A stretch of DNA of 63,708 nucleotides, the filler included, from Stramenopiles sp. TOSAG23-3 (taxonomy: Eukaryota): the NCBI GenBank assembly GCA_900128585.1. It is 8 parts of 8 records of this genome, joined end to end, with 100 filler letters (N's around TTAATTAATTAA, not from the genome) between each part and the next. Parts side by side here need not be neighbours in the genome. Positions count along the whole stretch, not along the records: positions 1 to 11,658 come from LT642732.1; positions 11,759 to 23,346 come from LT642733.1; 6 more parts are not named here. The stretch is one strand, 5' to 3'. The notes under the pieces are model-generated. The model was not told where the DNA came from. It ran no database searches and was given only the letters and a program-made list of their open reading frames with translations. The position numbers were made by a program, and so were the translations under genes. Position 1 is the first letter of the stretch, and every line of letters starts with the position of its first letter. Positions 10,701-19,221 of this stretch are shown piece after piece.

Positions 10701-11658
10701 CACCAATATATACACTGCCTTTTTTGTCACGGAACGACCCATGACCATGTCGTTTATCACAACGCCATTCACCAGAATACTCACCTTTCTTATTTTTATA
10801 TTTCATTACACCATATCCATGCTTTTTGCTATTCACATAAAAACCTTCATATGTTTCAGTTTTCCATGGAGCCTTCTTCAGGTGTTTACGGCGCCTCAGT
10901 TTGCGTGTAATCCATGTTCCTTTTATCCACCCATTAATACAATACTCATTGAAATGATTGTCAACAAGTCTACCTTCCCATATTAATGTATTCTTGTCGT
11001 CGTATCTCTCAGCTTCACCAAATTTTGAAGACCATTTACCCCAATGAGATGGACTAGGATCTTGGCCAAATTCAACGTATGGTCCTTCATAAATACTCCG
11101 ATTGCGATACAAAATCTGAACATCTGAACCACTTGGTATACTTCCGTTTTCAAAATATCCATCAATTTCTTGATATTTTATCCATCGTAAAGGATTATCA
11201 GTATCCTTTTTAGAAAGTTGGTGAAATTCTTTACCTACTCCAGCAGGCAACCATGCTGTGCCAGGACCATGTGGTTTTCCATCCTTCCAAGCACCATTGA
11301 CAACCATCATACCTGCAGCACCTGGATAGTGAAGGTGATGAGGGACATGGGGTGAATTGGCCAACTGATCCATGCGATAATTTCCAACCCATGATGCCAT
11401 TTGGTCTTCATTCCAGTACCATTGGCGGCCAGCAATTGAATTTGCAAGATGTCTAAGTCGTTTTTCATATTTATCAGTGTGATTACCACCTTCAGGTAAT
11501 TCATCGTATAAATCTATCAAATTAGCCCTGTGCTTAATTTTAGATGCCAACTTCCAAGTAACATTCTTTCGAAATTTTAACTTCATTTTTCTATACGTCA
11601 TATTAATCGATGTTCGTGATCTCCATGGCAATTCCTCGTCCTCTTCAGGGCTATCCCT
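7759..11658 (-). CDS. 5'-partial multidomain protein: MORN repeats, coiled coil with dynein-stalk/MTBD-like segment, ankyrin repeats
   Basis: Many Y-x-G-x-(W/F)-x-x-G-x-x-HG-x-G MORN units; ankyrin motifs (GNTLLIVAAQ, GNTALHYA, GWTILHHLA, GNSALHFA). The frame stays open to the contig end at 11658. Confidence 0.85.
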   Translation of the reverse strand, partial: RDSPEEDEELPWRSRTSINMTYRKMKLKFRKNVTWKLASKIKHRANLIDLYDELPEGGNHTDKYEKRLRHLANSIAGRQWYWNEDQMASWVGNYRMDQLANSPHVPHHLHYPGAAGMMVVNGAWKDGKPHGPGTAWLPAGVGKEFHQLSKKDTDNPLRWIKYQEIDGYFENGSIPSGSDVQILYRNRSIYEGPYVEFGQDPSPSHWGKWSSKFGEAERYDDKNTLIWEGRLVDNHFNEYCINGWIKGTWITRKLRRRKHLKKAPWKTETYEGFYVNSKKHGYGVMKYKNKKGEYSGEWRCDKRHGHGSFRDKKGSVYIGEWFNGKKHGWGVESIIEPREQYEGNFCDGLRDGNGTLVLANSDKYVGEFQGGIRHGKGVVFYANGNRYEGPYVQGIRHGDGILTFKDAGERYEGPFVNDLMHGKGIFVKTRSAGYHQKRRGIWKRGNHVRWTGWGVSKFATEAFLSQFGVPCEDDPKPYKDPDWVKRMAEKSAKEAAEKEKKAKEDAENAIKQKRQEAKKAKAAARRAKGGKGGVKGKAAKQKELDDIAEKERLRKEEIRKRKMAREEQESDVEEEWEPPGGWDVTTFDGVYAAIVAEKLPALPDGVDPDNFVVKRVVDRIMGKVGPASGDQMLKRARESLAKLTPLLKAEIEKEKAVQENLDTVQEEAEEQTVMRDDQRQTMKDCEDELLATTTKLELFWEEDVHKIRHKYNRSLGPLKLVKQREWHHLKTMKDRPKVIEQVMESACLMLGLEPRWRLAEELCNSSAANQTRGVADSFLNDYDCKLVWMITSGQWNVYDIAENHELFEKLQEYFYNPVLKANNPDIFEVSMPASRVCMWFRRAFLYARMANQCKHIHKEKLRLTTQLGVEKDTTEDEEEILLEITTDVLKLTKKREDVRDDVKEMHILERRLLRTIKKIEERMTELQVQKAEEKLNAKGGIRESLESGEITEFDILGYLRDENFVMLGALVQAGMSPNWHDSYGNTLLIVAAQNTQFDAVKYLCENIEELDVNHQNKNGNTALHYAIAYFPGGEIVPYLMDKGADDTLKNRFGLSPYDGTTAEDTIEFQDQSEDALMTLLTRVSESVVKGEKNILQEEWIDERYNCDQPDRNGWTILHHLALAADAKWPEGLAEEIAQMLFDAGATGDPINEDGNSALHFALGRNPAGDLGPLIIEYGGDDGQINKWGQTPYEGYCDQSWRGICAQKDKEVPFWQLSIPLAASLQLNESRIAAEKPGGMNISDDAWTTAVVLRCLDIKCSDDQDLWGDIYATSRKWLKKQCTHAEFPVIWENTGELFGL

Positions 11659-11758
11659 NNNNNNNNNNNNNNNNNNNNNNNNNNNNNNNNNNNNNNNNNN
11701 NNTTAATTAATTAANNNNNNNNNNNNNNNNNNNNNNNNNNNNNNNNNNNNNNNNNNNN
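11659..11758. other. Artificial contig spacer (N-run, TTAATTAATTAA, N-run)
   Basis: Identical 100-bp spacers at 11659-11758, 23347-23446, 34998-35097, 46634-46733, 58219-58318, 60050-60149 and 61880-61979; the linker gives stops in all six frames. Confidence 0.99.
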
Positions 11759-11915
11759 GAAGAAAGAAGAAGAAGAAGAGAGAAGAAGAGAGAAGAAGAG
11801 AGAAGAAGAGAGAAGAAGAGAGAAGAAGAAGAAGAAGAAGAGAGAAGAAGAAGAAGAAGACGAAGAAGAGGAAAGAAGGAAGAAGGAAGAAGAAAGAAGA
11901 AGGAAGAAGAAGAAC
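11759..11915 (+). repeat. (GAA)n / GAGAAGAAGA purine-rich microsatellite at contig start
   Basis: Read directly from the sequence. Confidence 0.9.
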
Positions 11916-12207
11916 AGGAGGAGGTTGGTTTTGTTAATTATTATTTTTATTAAATGTTGTAATAATAAATAAAACATGGTGGCGGTTGGTGGTTCTTCAT
12001 ATTTATATTATATTACCAAAAAAGTGAGAGGAAGAAGATAATACAGTTGTAGAAGAAGAAAGGAGTCGTCCAGTTACTACGTACCGGCACAAGGTTCAAT
12101 AAGTTTCGTAAAACGTTCAGTTTTGTTTCAAAGTAGGAAAGACAAACCTTCACATTTATTCCTACGCGCATAATTGTTATCCCCCACTACCACACACACA
12201 CGCAAAC

Positions 12208-13722
12208 ATGAAACTTGGCGCGCTGTTGCTTTTGGCCGCTGTGCCAGCGGCTGTCCTTGGGCACTACGGAGACCCAAATACAATTCCAAGCTCTTGTATG
12301 CCTGATGAACAATCGGTCAAGATTCAAGGGCTCGAGGGAGACTTTTGCTCCCCGCCCTGCACCTCCTCCGGTACCTGCCCAACAGACATTCCTCCGGGGG
12401 TCACTGCAAAGCCGACGTGCGCGCTGACGAGCTCTTCTGGTGGCAAGTACTGCGCGTTGGTCTGCGACCCATCCCTGAATGCGGCAAACCAGTGCGGCAA
12501 GAACGCAACCTGCAAGGCGATCTCAGGCACGGGGTTGTGCACGTACAACGACACGCCAAAACCCCCATCATCTGCACACTGGTACCCAATCGAAAGCCCT
12601 ACTTTCGAAGAGCAGTCAGCTTGCATCAGCGTTGGCTTTACAAAGGACGGACGAAAAGGCTTTGCCGGGGCCGGTAAGAACGGCGTCGGTGCCCAAATAA
12701 TTACGTCGGACGACCACGGAAAGACGTGGGCGGCGCTTCCGGGCAACGCTAGCTTTAATATCTACCTGGCAGCTAGTACCAAAGACGACACCGATGCCGT
12801 CATTTCTGGCGCGCTGTTCCAATCCTTCAGCACAGACGGCGTTAACTTTCACGCGTCCGAGAATCTATTCCTGTCGCCGGCGCAAGACGCTGGGGTCATT
12901 CCAGGCAGTAACATGTACGCCATCCCTGCGGCCGGAAGCACGTTCAATGGTATAGCGCACTCGACCGATGGAAAAAAGTGGGAAGGAACGTCTATTACTG
13001 GCATCAACTCGACGCTGTACCTCTCTCGGTATGGCGCATACCCAAGCAAATGTACATGGTATGTTACGGCGGGTAATTTTCCAGAGACCAACTCAAACTT
13101 CGACAAAAAGGCTGACGCGTACACGCACTTGAACCGTCACGTTCGAATCAACAAGGGCACGTCCCGCACGGAGTTTACCTTCAAAGACAAGGCTCAGAAC
13201 GATGGTCCAGCGAACTGCAGTGAAGACCCAGAAAACTGCTTTTCAGCAATGATTGCAAAGACCACCGACTGCGGCAAAACATGGACAACGGTCTACGACA
13301 ACATCAACAAAGGCGACAACATCTACCCGAACGGCATTCACTGCATCACAGATGACCACTGCGTAGCGGTCGTCGAGGGGGATTCTTGCAGGATCCTTCT
13401 GACCCTCGACGGGGGGAAAACGTGGACGGAGCAGATGCACGACACCGACAAAGCATGTTCGCTCGTTTCGGTGCGCATGTTGAGCAAAACGGAAGGATGG
13501 ATCTCTGGTGGCCACATGTCCTATGCGGACTTTGAAGGGCGCTTTTGGCACACCCTTGACGGTGGCAAAACCTGGAAGAAAGAAGCTATCAAAGGTCTCT
13601 ACACTTTTAGCTTTGATATGACGAGCGCTCAATCGGGCTACGCGGTTGCATTGACCGAAGCCAGTGGCGTCCAATTGATTGGTTACCGCGACAACAAGAC
13701 GATGGTTTCTGTAACGCTGTAA
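12208..13722 (+). CDS. Secreted protein: Cys-rich N-terminal module plus BNR/Asp-box beta-propeller
   Basis: Signal peptide MKLGALLLLAAVPAAVLG; ten-Cys module HYGDP...GLCTY; Asp-boxes TSDDHGKTW, STDGKKW, TTDCGKTW and TLDGGKTW (twice). Confidence 0.8.
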   Translation: MKLGALLLLAAVPAAVLGHYGDPNTIPSSCMPDEQSVKIQGLEGDFCSPPCTSSGTCPTDIPPGVTAKPTCALTSSSGGKYCALVCDPSLNAANQCGKNATCKAISGTGLCTYNDTPKPPSSAHWYPIESPTFEEQSACISVGFTKDGRKGFAGAGKNGVGAQIITSDDHGKTWAALPGNASFNIYLAASTKDDTDAVISGALFQSFSTDGVNFHASENLFLSPAQDAGVIPGSNMYAIPAAGSTFNGIAHSTDGKKWEGTSITGINSTLYLSRYGAYPSKCTWYVTAGNFPETNSNFDKKADAYTHLNRHVRINKGTSRTEFTFKDKAQNDGPANCSEDPENCFSAMIAKTTDCGKTWTTVYDNINKGDNIYPNGIHCITDDHCVAVVEGDSCRILLTLDGGKTWTEQMHDTDKACSLVSVRMLSKTEGWISGGHMSYADFEGRFWHTLDGGKTWKKEAIKGLYTFSFDMTSAQSGYAVALTEASGVQLIGYRDNKTMVSVTL

Positions 13723-13844
13723 GGCTCGAGGAAAGGATTCAATAAAATATATAAGTGTGTTTTTTTTGATAATTATTTATGATAACAGCGTATATTTTGT
13801 TGTCAAAATATTTTATTTACAATTTAATACGCCAACAATTTAAT

Positions 13845-13870
13845 AAAATAACAGCCAATTTTTCTTGTTT
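13845..13870 (-). promoter_or_regulatory. Conserved 3'-flank motif, copy 1 (AAACAAGAAAAATTGGCTGTTATTTT)
   Basis: 46 nt downstream of the stop of the minus-strand gene ending at 13916; near-identical copies on three other contigs. Confidence 0.55.
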
Positions 13871-13915
13871 CTCTAATGCGTACGTTACGCTTACTTTACT
13901 CTTCGCGCAAAAACG

Positions 13916-15793
13916 TCATTCAGGATCTGAGTGTTCCGGTGTGCTCTGCAAGAAGCCAGCATTGAGCGCGTACATGGTGATATTTTCATCTAGCGAGTTT
14001 GCCAAGAGGTCCCGTTTCATACCAATGATCTCGTCACATGTTTTTAGCATAGATATCGAGCTGCGGTCGGGCTGAACTTCTATGATGCCCATTCGAGAGA
14101 GCCAAGAAATTGCGTTGTTAAACGCTGGGTCGTCCAGCCCGTCGTCGTGCTTTATGGACTCAGCCATCATAAAATAGTCCTTTGCCCGACTGTGCAGTTC
14201 TTCAATGTTTATCACCACACCATGGGACTCTTTGGAGGAGGCGTCTTTCCCGTCCCGAAAACGGTTTTCTAACAAAGCCTTAAAACTGGTTTGATCGTCT
14301 TTGAACTCCCATGCAGCGTTGAGCACACTAGCAATTGCAACAAAATCGTTGTCTCGAGACTCTTTCGTCACGATGTACACCACGCTCCGGTCCTTGCCAG
14401 TGGCATTGTTGTTAAGATACTGCGCCATAGCGCTGCGGTAGTAAAACTTACTCATTCGGTACCGGTTGAAAATTCTCACAACGTATGCCCCCAGGGCCGT
14501 CATGGCGATGACTCCCGGCTTGGTCAGGGCAACGCCGGTAAAGAACACGGTGCTAGCAACTCCCGTACCGCCAATAATTGACATGGCGAGAAAGAGGCGA
14601 TCGACGGGCCGCATGTATACTTTCTGCGCGGTGTCGGGCAAGACAAACTCCATGTCGCATCTTGGAACATGCTTGAAATGTCGGAGGCTTACGTACTTTT
14701 TGAAATCATCTTTCTTCCGTATCTCCGGGTCGGGGTAGCCCGCTGTACCATATACGACCAAAGCATCCTTAAACGTTTCTTCCTCCAACTTAATTCTACC
14801 AACAAGGTTAGAAAAAGTAAATTCTATCTCCGAAAGTGCGTTGTTGTTCGTCACTGAGTTTGTCAAATTCGTTTCGCCCCCTTTCCCGTAATTCATATCG
14901 TCGACGCCCTGTGCCTTGCCTGACGCCATCGGCGTTCTCTCGTCCCCCGTGATAGTCTGTATTAACTTTTCCATTTGTGGCTTGCCTTTGGACCACATTG
15001 CAACGGTCCTAGATTTTACAAAGGTCATCTGCCGTTCATGCTTTTCCATTCCCAAGATGTTTCTCACTCTATTCGTAGCCGATGCGTACGATCGCTGGGC
15101 AAACCTGGTCGTCAGTTCGTCGAACTTTTCGGTGTAATAGAAACCGGTCGTAGAATCGTTCCCGGACCCTCTTACCAAAAGCAACGCCCGTTTTGAGAAC
15201 GAAGGTGGCGTTACGTCCTCAAATCTGCGCGCGTACGGGTCCGATTCTTTTAAAATCCTGTCATCAAAATACGACCAGTCAATCTTCATGGGCGTTGTCA
15301 AGCGGTAATGGTTCTCCTTCGCGTACATCTCATCTTCCATGCTGCAGGCCTTAAACCCAGACCGTTTTGCAAACCACGTCAGCCCATTTACAAACTGGCT
15401 GGCAACTCGCAGCTCTTCCTCCCTTAGTTTTACTTCTGCTTCTTCCGTTTCATTGTCAAATTCTATTATTTCGTGGTTTTCATTGGCCTTCTTGCCATTC
15501 TCAATTTCAAGCTCCCCCCGCGGTCTGCCTTGGCTGTCAATGGCTGGTTCAAGCGAGCTGTACAGGGAGTGAAGTTTTTCTTCGACTTGTCCATATTGCA
15601 GTTGCAAAGACGCGTATATCGTTCGTAACGCCTCACGTTCACCGTCTTGCTCAAACAGGTTCTGCAAGAACCGACTACGCAACGACCCCTTTGGGCGGTA
15701 CTTACCCGAAACTAGTTTACGATTTTTCCTCGAAAGGTTTGACACTAAATGTCTCACCAGTTGCCACCGGAACGGAGTGTTCTGGCGCGACAT
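13916..15793 (-). CDS. DUF3754/TMEM143-like membrane protein
   Basis: LRHFKHVPRCDMEFVLPD...MRPVDR followed by two hydrophobic helices resembles the DUF3754 core. First ATG is at 15793. A GTGAGT...TTTGCCAG intron-like stretch lies upstream at 15853-15927, so the real start may be further 5'. Confidence 0.65.
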   Translation of the reverse strand: MSRQNTPFRWQLVRHLVSNLSRKNRKLVSGKYRPKGSLRSRFLQNLFEQDGEREALRTIYASLQLQYGQVEEKLHSLYSSLEPAIDSQGRPRGELEIENGKKANENHEIIEFDNETEEAEVKLREEELRVASQFVNGLTWFAKRSGFKACSMEDEMYAKENHYRLTTPMKIDWSYFDDRILKESDPYARRFEDVTPPSFSKRALLLVRGSGNDSTTGFYYTEKFDELTTRFAQRSYASATNRVRNILGMEKHERQMTFVKSRTVAMWSKGKPQMEKLIQTITGDERTPMASGKAQGVDDMNYGKGGETNLTNSVTNNNALSEIEFTFSNLVGRIKLEEETFKDALVVYGTAGYPDPEIRKKDDFKKYVSLRHFKHVPRCDMEFVLPDTAQKVYMRPVDRLFLAMSIIGGTGVASTVFFTGVALTKPGVIAMTALGAYVVRIFNRYRMSKFYYRSAMAQYLNNNATGKDRSVVYIVTKESRDNDFVAIASVLNAAWEFKDDQTSFKALLENRFRDGKDASSKESHGVVINIEELHSRAKDYFMMAESIKHDDGLDDPAFNNAISWLSRMGIIEVQPDRSSISMLKTCDEIIGMKRDLLANSLDENITMYALNAGFLQSTPEHSDPE

Positions 15794-16591
15794 TTCGGGG
15801 ACGCAGCGTCGCCAGTACGAAATCAATGCGTGGTAATAATTTCCGATATAAACTGGCAAAATGTAAGGACTGTGTTTGTGCGTTTCTCAAAAATTGTGTG
15901 TGGTGCTGGTGGGAGAAATACACTCACATATTGATTTACAATTTGTCGAGAACGTATATATAAAAACAAACGAAGAAAGAGAAATACTACACATTTTTTG
16001 TTGTTGTTTGTGTTGTGTACTTTGTTGTTGTGCTATAATAATAATATAATAATAATATAATTTTATTTTTTTGGGTAACGTTTTAAATCGATCACTACAA
16101 CAAAATAATTCTCTTCCAAAATGATTAAATTAATATACAAACAGCATCTAATAATAAATATATTTTCAAGTAAATAAACATCAATACCACCAACAACAAT
16201 TCTCTTTTTTTCTTTTTTTCCTCTTCTCTTTATTTCCTTCTTCTTTCTTCTTCTTTTCTTCTCGTCTCTTTCTTCTTCTTCGCGCATTTTTCATTCTACA
16301 AACACAATACCAACACAGCATCAACTTTTTAGATGAAAATTCTCTCTTTTTCTTGGAGAAATAAATAGGAATATAATTGTATAGTATATTTGTTATAAAT
16401 ACAAATGATACCAGGAAAGTGAAAGAGCAACGTTCTTTTCCACGCATGTACTTTTGCATATACTAATGCGTTTGTTTACGTATGTTATGGTATACAAAAA
16501 TGATATTCGATAGTATTATTGTTATGTTAATGGAAGGAATGGTATTGTTTTCAATTCAGTACACTATTACTGGTATATATATTCGTACTTG

Positions 16592-17728
16592 TTATTTTTT
16601 CCCTGTGTTTTTCTTTGACTTTCCCGATCCAAACAGTGCTTTTGCACCCATTTTAAAGCCTTTGCCTGCTAAGCGAGCAGCAGCGCCGCCTACAGCCACG
16701 GCCGCACCGACGGCTTGGTCTCCTGCCGTCTTTGGTTCACCCTGTTGTTGCTGTTGTCGTTGTTGCTGGTGCGGTTGAGCTGGCGCGGTTTGGTACGCCA
16801 CAGGGGTTGCCTGGACGGGTTGGGCGTACACTACGGGTACGGGGGCTGGGCGAGAGGGCGGGGCGTAGGCTACGTTTGGTTGCCTATTCATGTCCTGCTG
16901 CACTGGATTCCTAGCTGCAACCCCATTTTCCATGTCTCGTTGGGCCTGCATGGCCTGCCTTGCGTTCATCTCTGCCTGGGTAGGGCAGCAGGTGTCTCCG
17001 CAGCAGCACCGGCCGGCCATGACGCATGGGCTTTTCTCTCCGCCGCACTCGCGTGTGCAGCACCCATCGTTGATGCTACCTTCCACCGCCGCGTAAATAA
17101 AAGCGAAGAAACCAACCCCAAAGAACACCCAGGTCAAGGTCAAAATAACGTCGGCCATCACATTAAGCTCGTTTTCACGGCAGCCTTTGGCGGCGGCGTC
17201 TGCCTCCATGTCAATGCCAGAACCCAAGATCGCCCACACCAGTGCAAATATCAAGAAACAAATGTAAAACGCCATGACGACGTCCTCGCATACCAGGTGG
17301 CAGAGTCGCTTGTAAAAGGATTCCCCGGGGTACTGGGGCACTTGGAACTTCTTAAACACGTAGTATGCCATCATAAAATGCAAAATAAACGTCACGCCTT
17401 GGACGATGCACCATACGTCGAGGTTAATGCCCGCGCTCTCGGCTACCGCACACTCGGGCCTTGCGTTCGCTCCCACAAACCCAAAAAGTACGAAGGACGG
17501 CAGAAGGGTCAAGAACAGTGCGGCGGCGACAAGCGTGCTGAACGGCTTTGCAAAGAATTCCTGGAGGTTGCAGCACTTGGCCAGTTCGGCGCAGCACGGC
17601 CCAAAAGTCTCCCCACAGCACTTGGAACACTCTTCGCAGCACTCCCCAAGCGCGTTGCAACACGCGTTGCACCCCTTCGCACACCATTCGAAAGGTTTTA
17701 GGATGGTACGGCAGATTACGGCAGCCAT
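16592..17728 (-). CDS. Cys-rich four-TM membrane protein with Pro/Gln-rich tail
   Basis: Four hydrophobic segments flanked by CC clusters. Likely start MAAVICRT at 17728; the ORF extends to an ATG at 17863. Confidence 0.7.
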   Translation of the reverse strand: MAAVICRTILKPFEWCAKGCNACCNALGECCEECSKCCGETFGPCCAELAKCCNLQEFFAKPFSTLVAAALFLTLLPSFVLFGFVGANARPECAVAESAGINLDVWCIVQGVTFILHFMMAYYVFKKFQVPQYPGESFYKRLCHLVCEDVVMAFYICFLIFALVWAILGSGIDMEADAAAKGCRENELNVMADVILTLTWVFFGVGFFAFIYAAVEGSINDGCCTRECGGEKSPCVMAGRCCCGDTCCPTQAEMNARQAMQAQRDMENGVAARNPVQQDMNRQPNVAYAPPSRPAPVPVVYAQPVQATPVAYQTAPAQPHQQQRQQQQQGEPKTAGDQAVGAAVAVGGAAARLAGKGFKMGAKALFGSGKSKKNTGKK

Positions 17729-19221
17729 ATTTTCTTCTTCGCACTGCCAGTCTTCGCTTTTTCTGGGGTGTTTTCTTTCTATGCAACGAAAGAAAAAATC
17801 GAGCGATTGGTCTATCTGACTACACAGTGACAAATTTGCCCGTATGTGTTTGGAGTCGTTCATTAAAATATCAACATCAAAATGAAGTATTCTAATTCAT
17901 TCTATATATAATAATTTTTCTTCTCCTTATTATTTATTTTATTAATTAAATAATATTATTATTAATAATAATAACGGCGGCGGCGGAGGTGGGGGGTGGA
18001 GGAGGAGGAGGAGGAGGAGGGAGGTGGACAAGTATTATAACAAGGGACAATGAGGATCATCAGATCAGTGGTGGTGTGTGTTGTTGTTCTTCTTAAATAA
18101 ACTTTTTTTTTTTTTGAAATTTTCATCAATCCAATCAACATTTCTTTCAATTTTTAGAATATAATATGTATACTTGTGATCTATATCTCATATACTATAA
18201 AACAAGTTTTATTCATTATTCAATGTTATACGTTTAAACAATACATTTTGTTACCTATATAGTAGAATCAAACTCAATAATAAATATGTCTAAATAAAAC
18301 TAAATACAATCCTCATAATGTAAAAAGTATACTATTATTGTATACTAAATGATGTCAACCTATATTATTTTAAAAATATTAATTATGTGTCACTTTATTA
18401 TACATCCAGGATATTATTTAGACACTATTAATTTAAGAGAAGCAGAGGCTTTACTTACTGGTACTTCAGGAAGGAGTTAAACGTTGTGGATTTTAAATTA
18501 TATAGTCTTAATACTATACGTTGTTATATATAAATAAGGGTTATAGCTATAATACAGCAAACTTCTCTTCTTTATAAATAAATAAATAAAACGAGGAGGT
18601 GTCTTTTTTCTTCTTATTTTTTAAGAAGTGATTTATATTTTATATTATTATATTTTCCTTATTTTATATAAATAATATATGGGTGATTTGTGTAAACACA
18701 CACCACACTCTGTAACGATACTTTTTTTATTCATAAATAAAAGGAGAGAGAGAGAAAGAGAGAGGAAGGAGTAAGTAGTAATGTACCGTATTATAATATA
18801 TAAGTATATTTTTATTATTGGTATGAACCGTAGGAGCGTAGGAGCGAAGTACCAAGTAGGAGAAGATTAAATATAAAAAATATATAAAAACAAATAATAA
18901 AAACTAACTCTATTATTATCATCTTCTTTTTTTCCCTTTATTATTATTATTATTATTTATTATTTGTAGTAAATAGTATATTATTATTATTATTAAATAA
19001 TAATAATTATGTATAGAAAAGTGAAAGGGACTAAGTAAGAAGAGAATGAAACCATCCCATCTACATGAACATCTACTACTGACGGGTGAACGGAATGAAA
19101 CAATGAAAAGGAAAACAAACGGTATATTTTCAAAAATAGGACGGCTTGATTCTCACCTCACGCACGGCTTGGCATCCTTCATCCTTTATCGTTGAAGTTT
19201 TTCTGGTTTTGAAGCAACAGG

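Noticed and set aside
11659-11758. Recurrent TTAATTAATTAA palindrome within N-runs
   Set aside because: Artificial six-frame-stop linker. ORFs containing X and any gene adjacency across spacers are meaningless.
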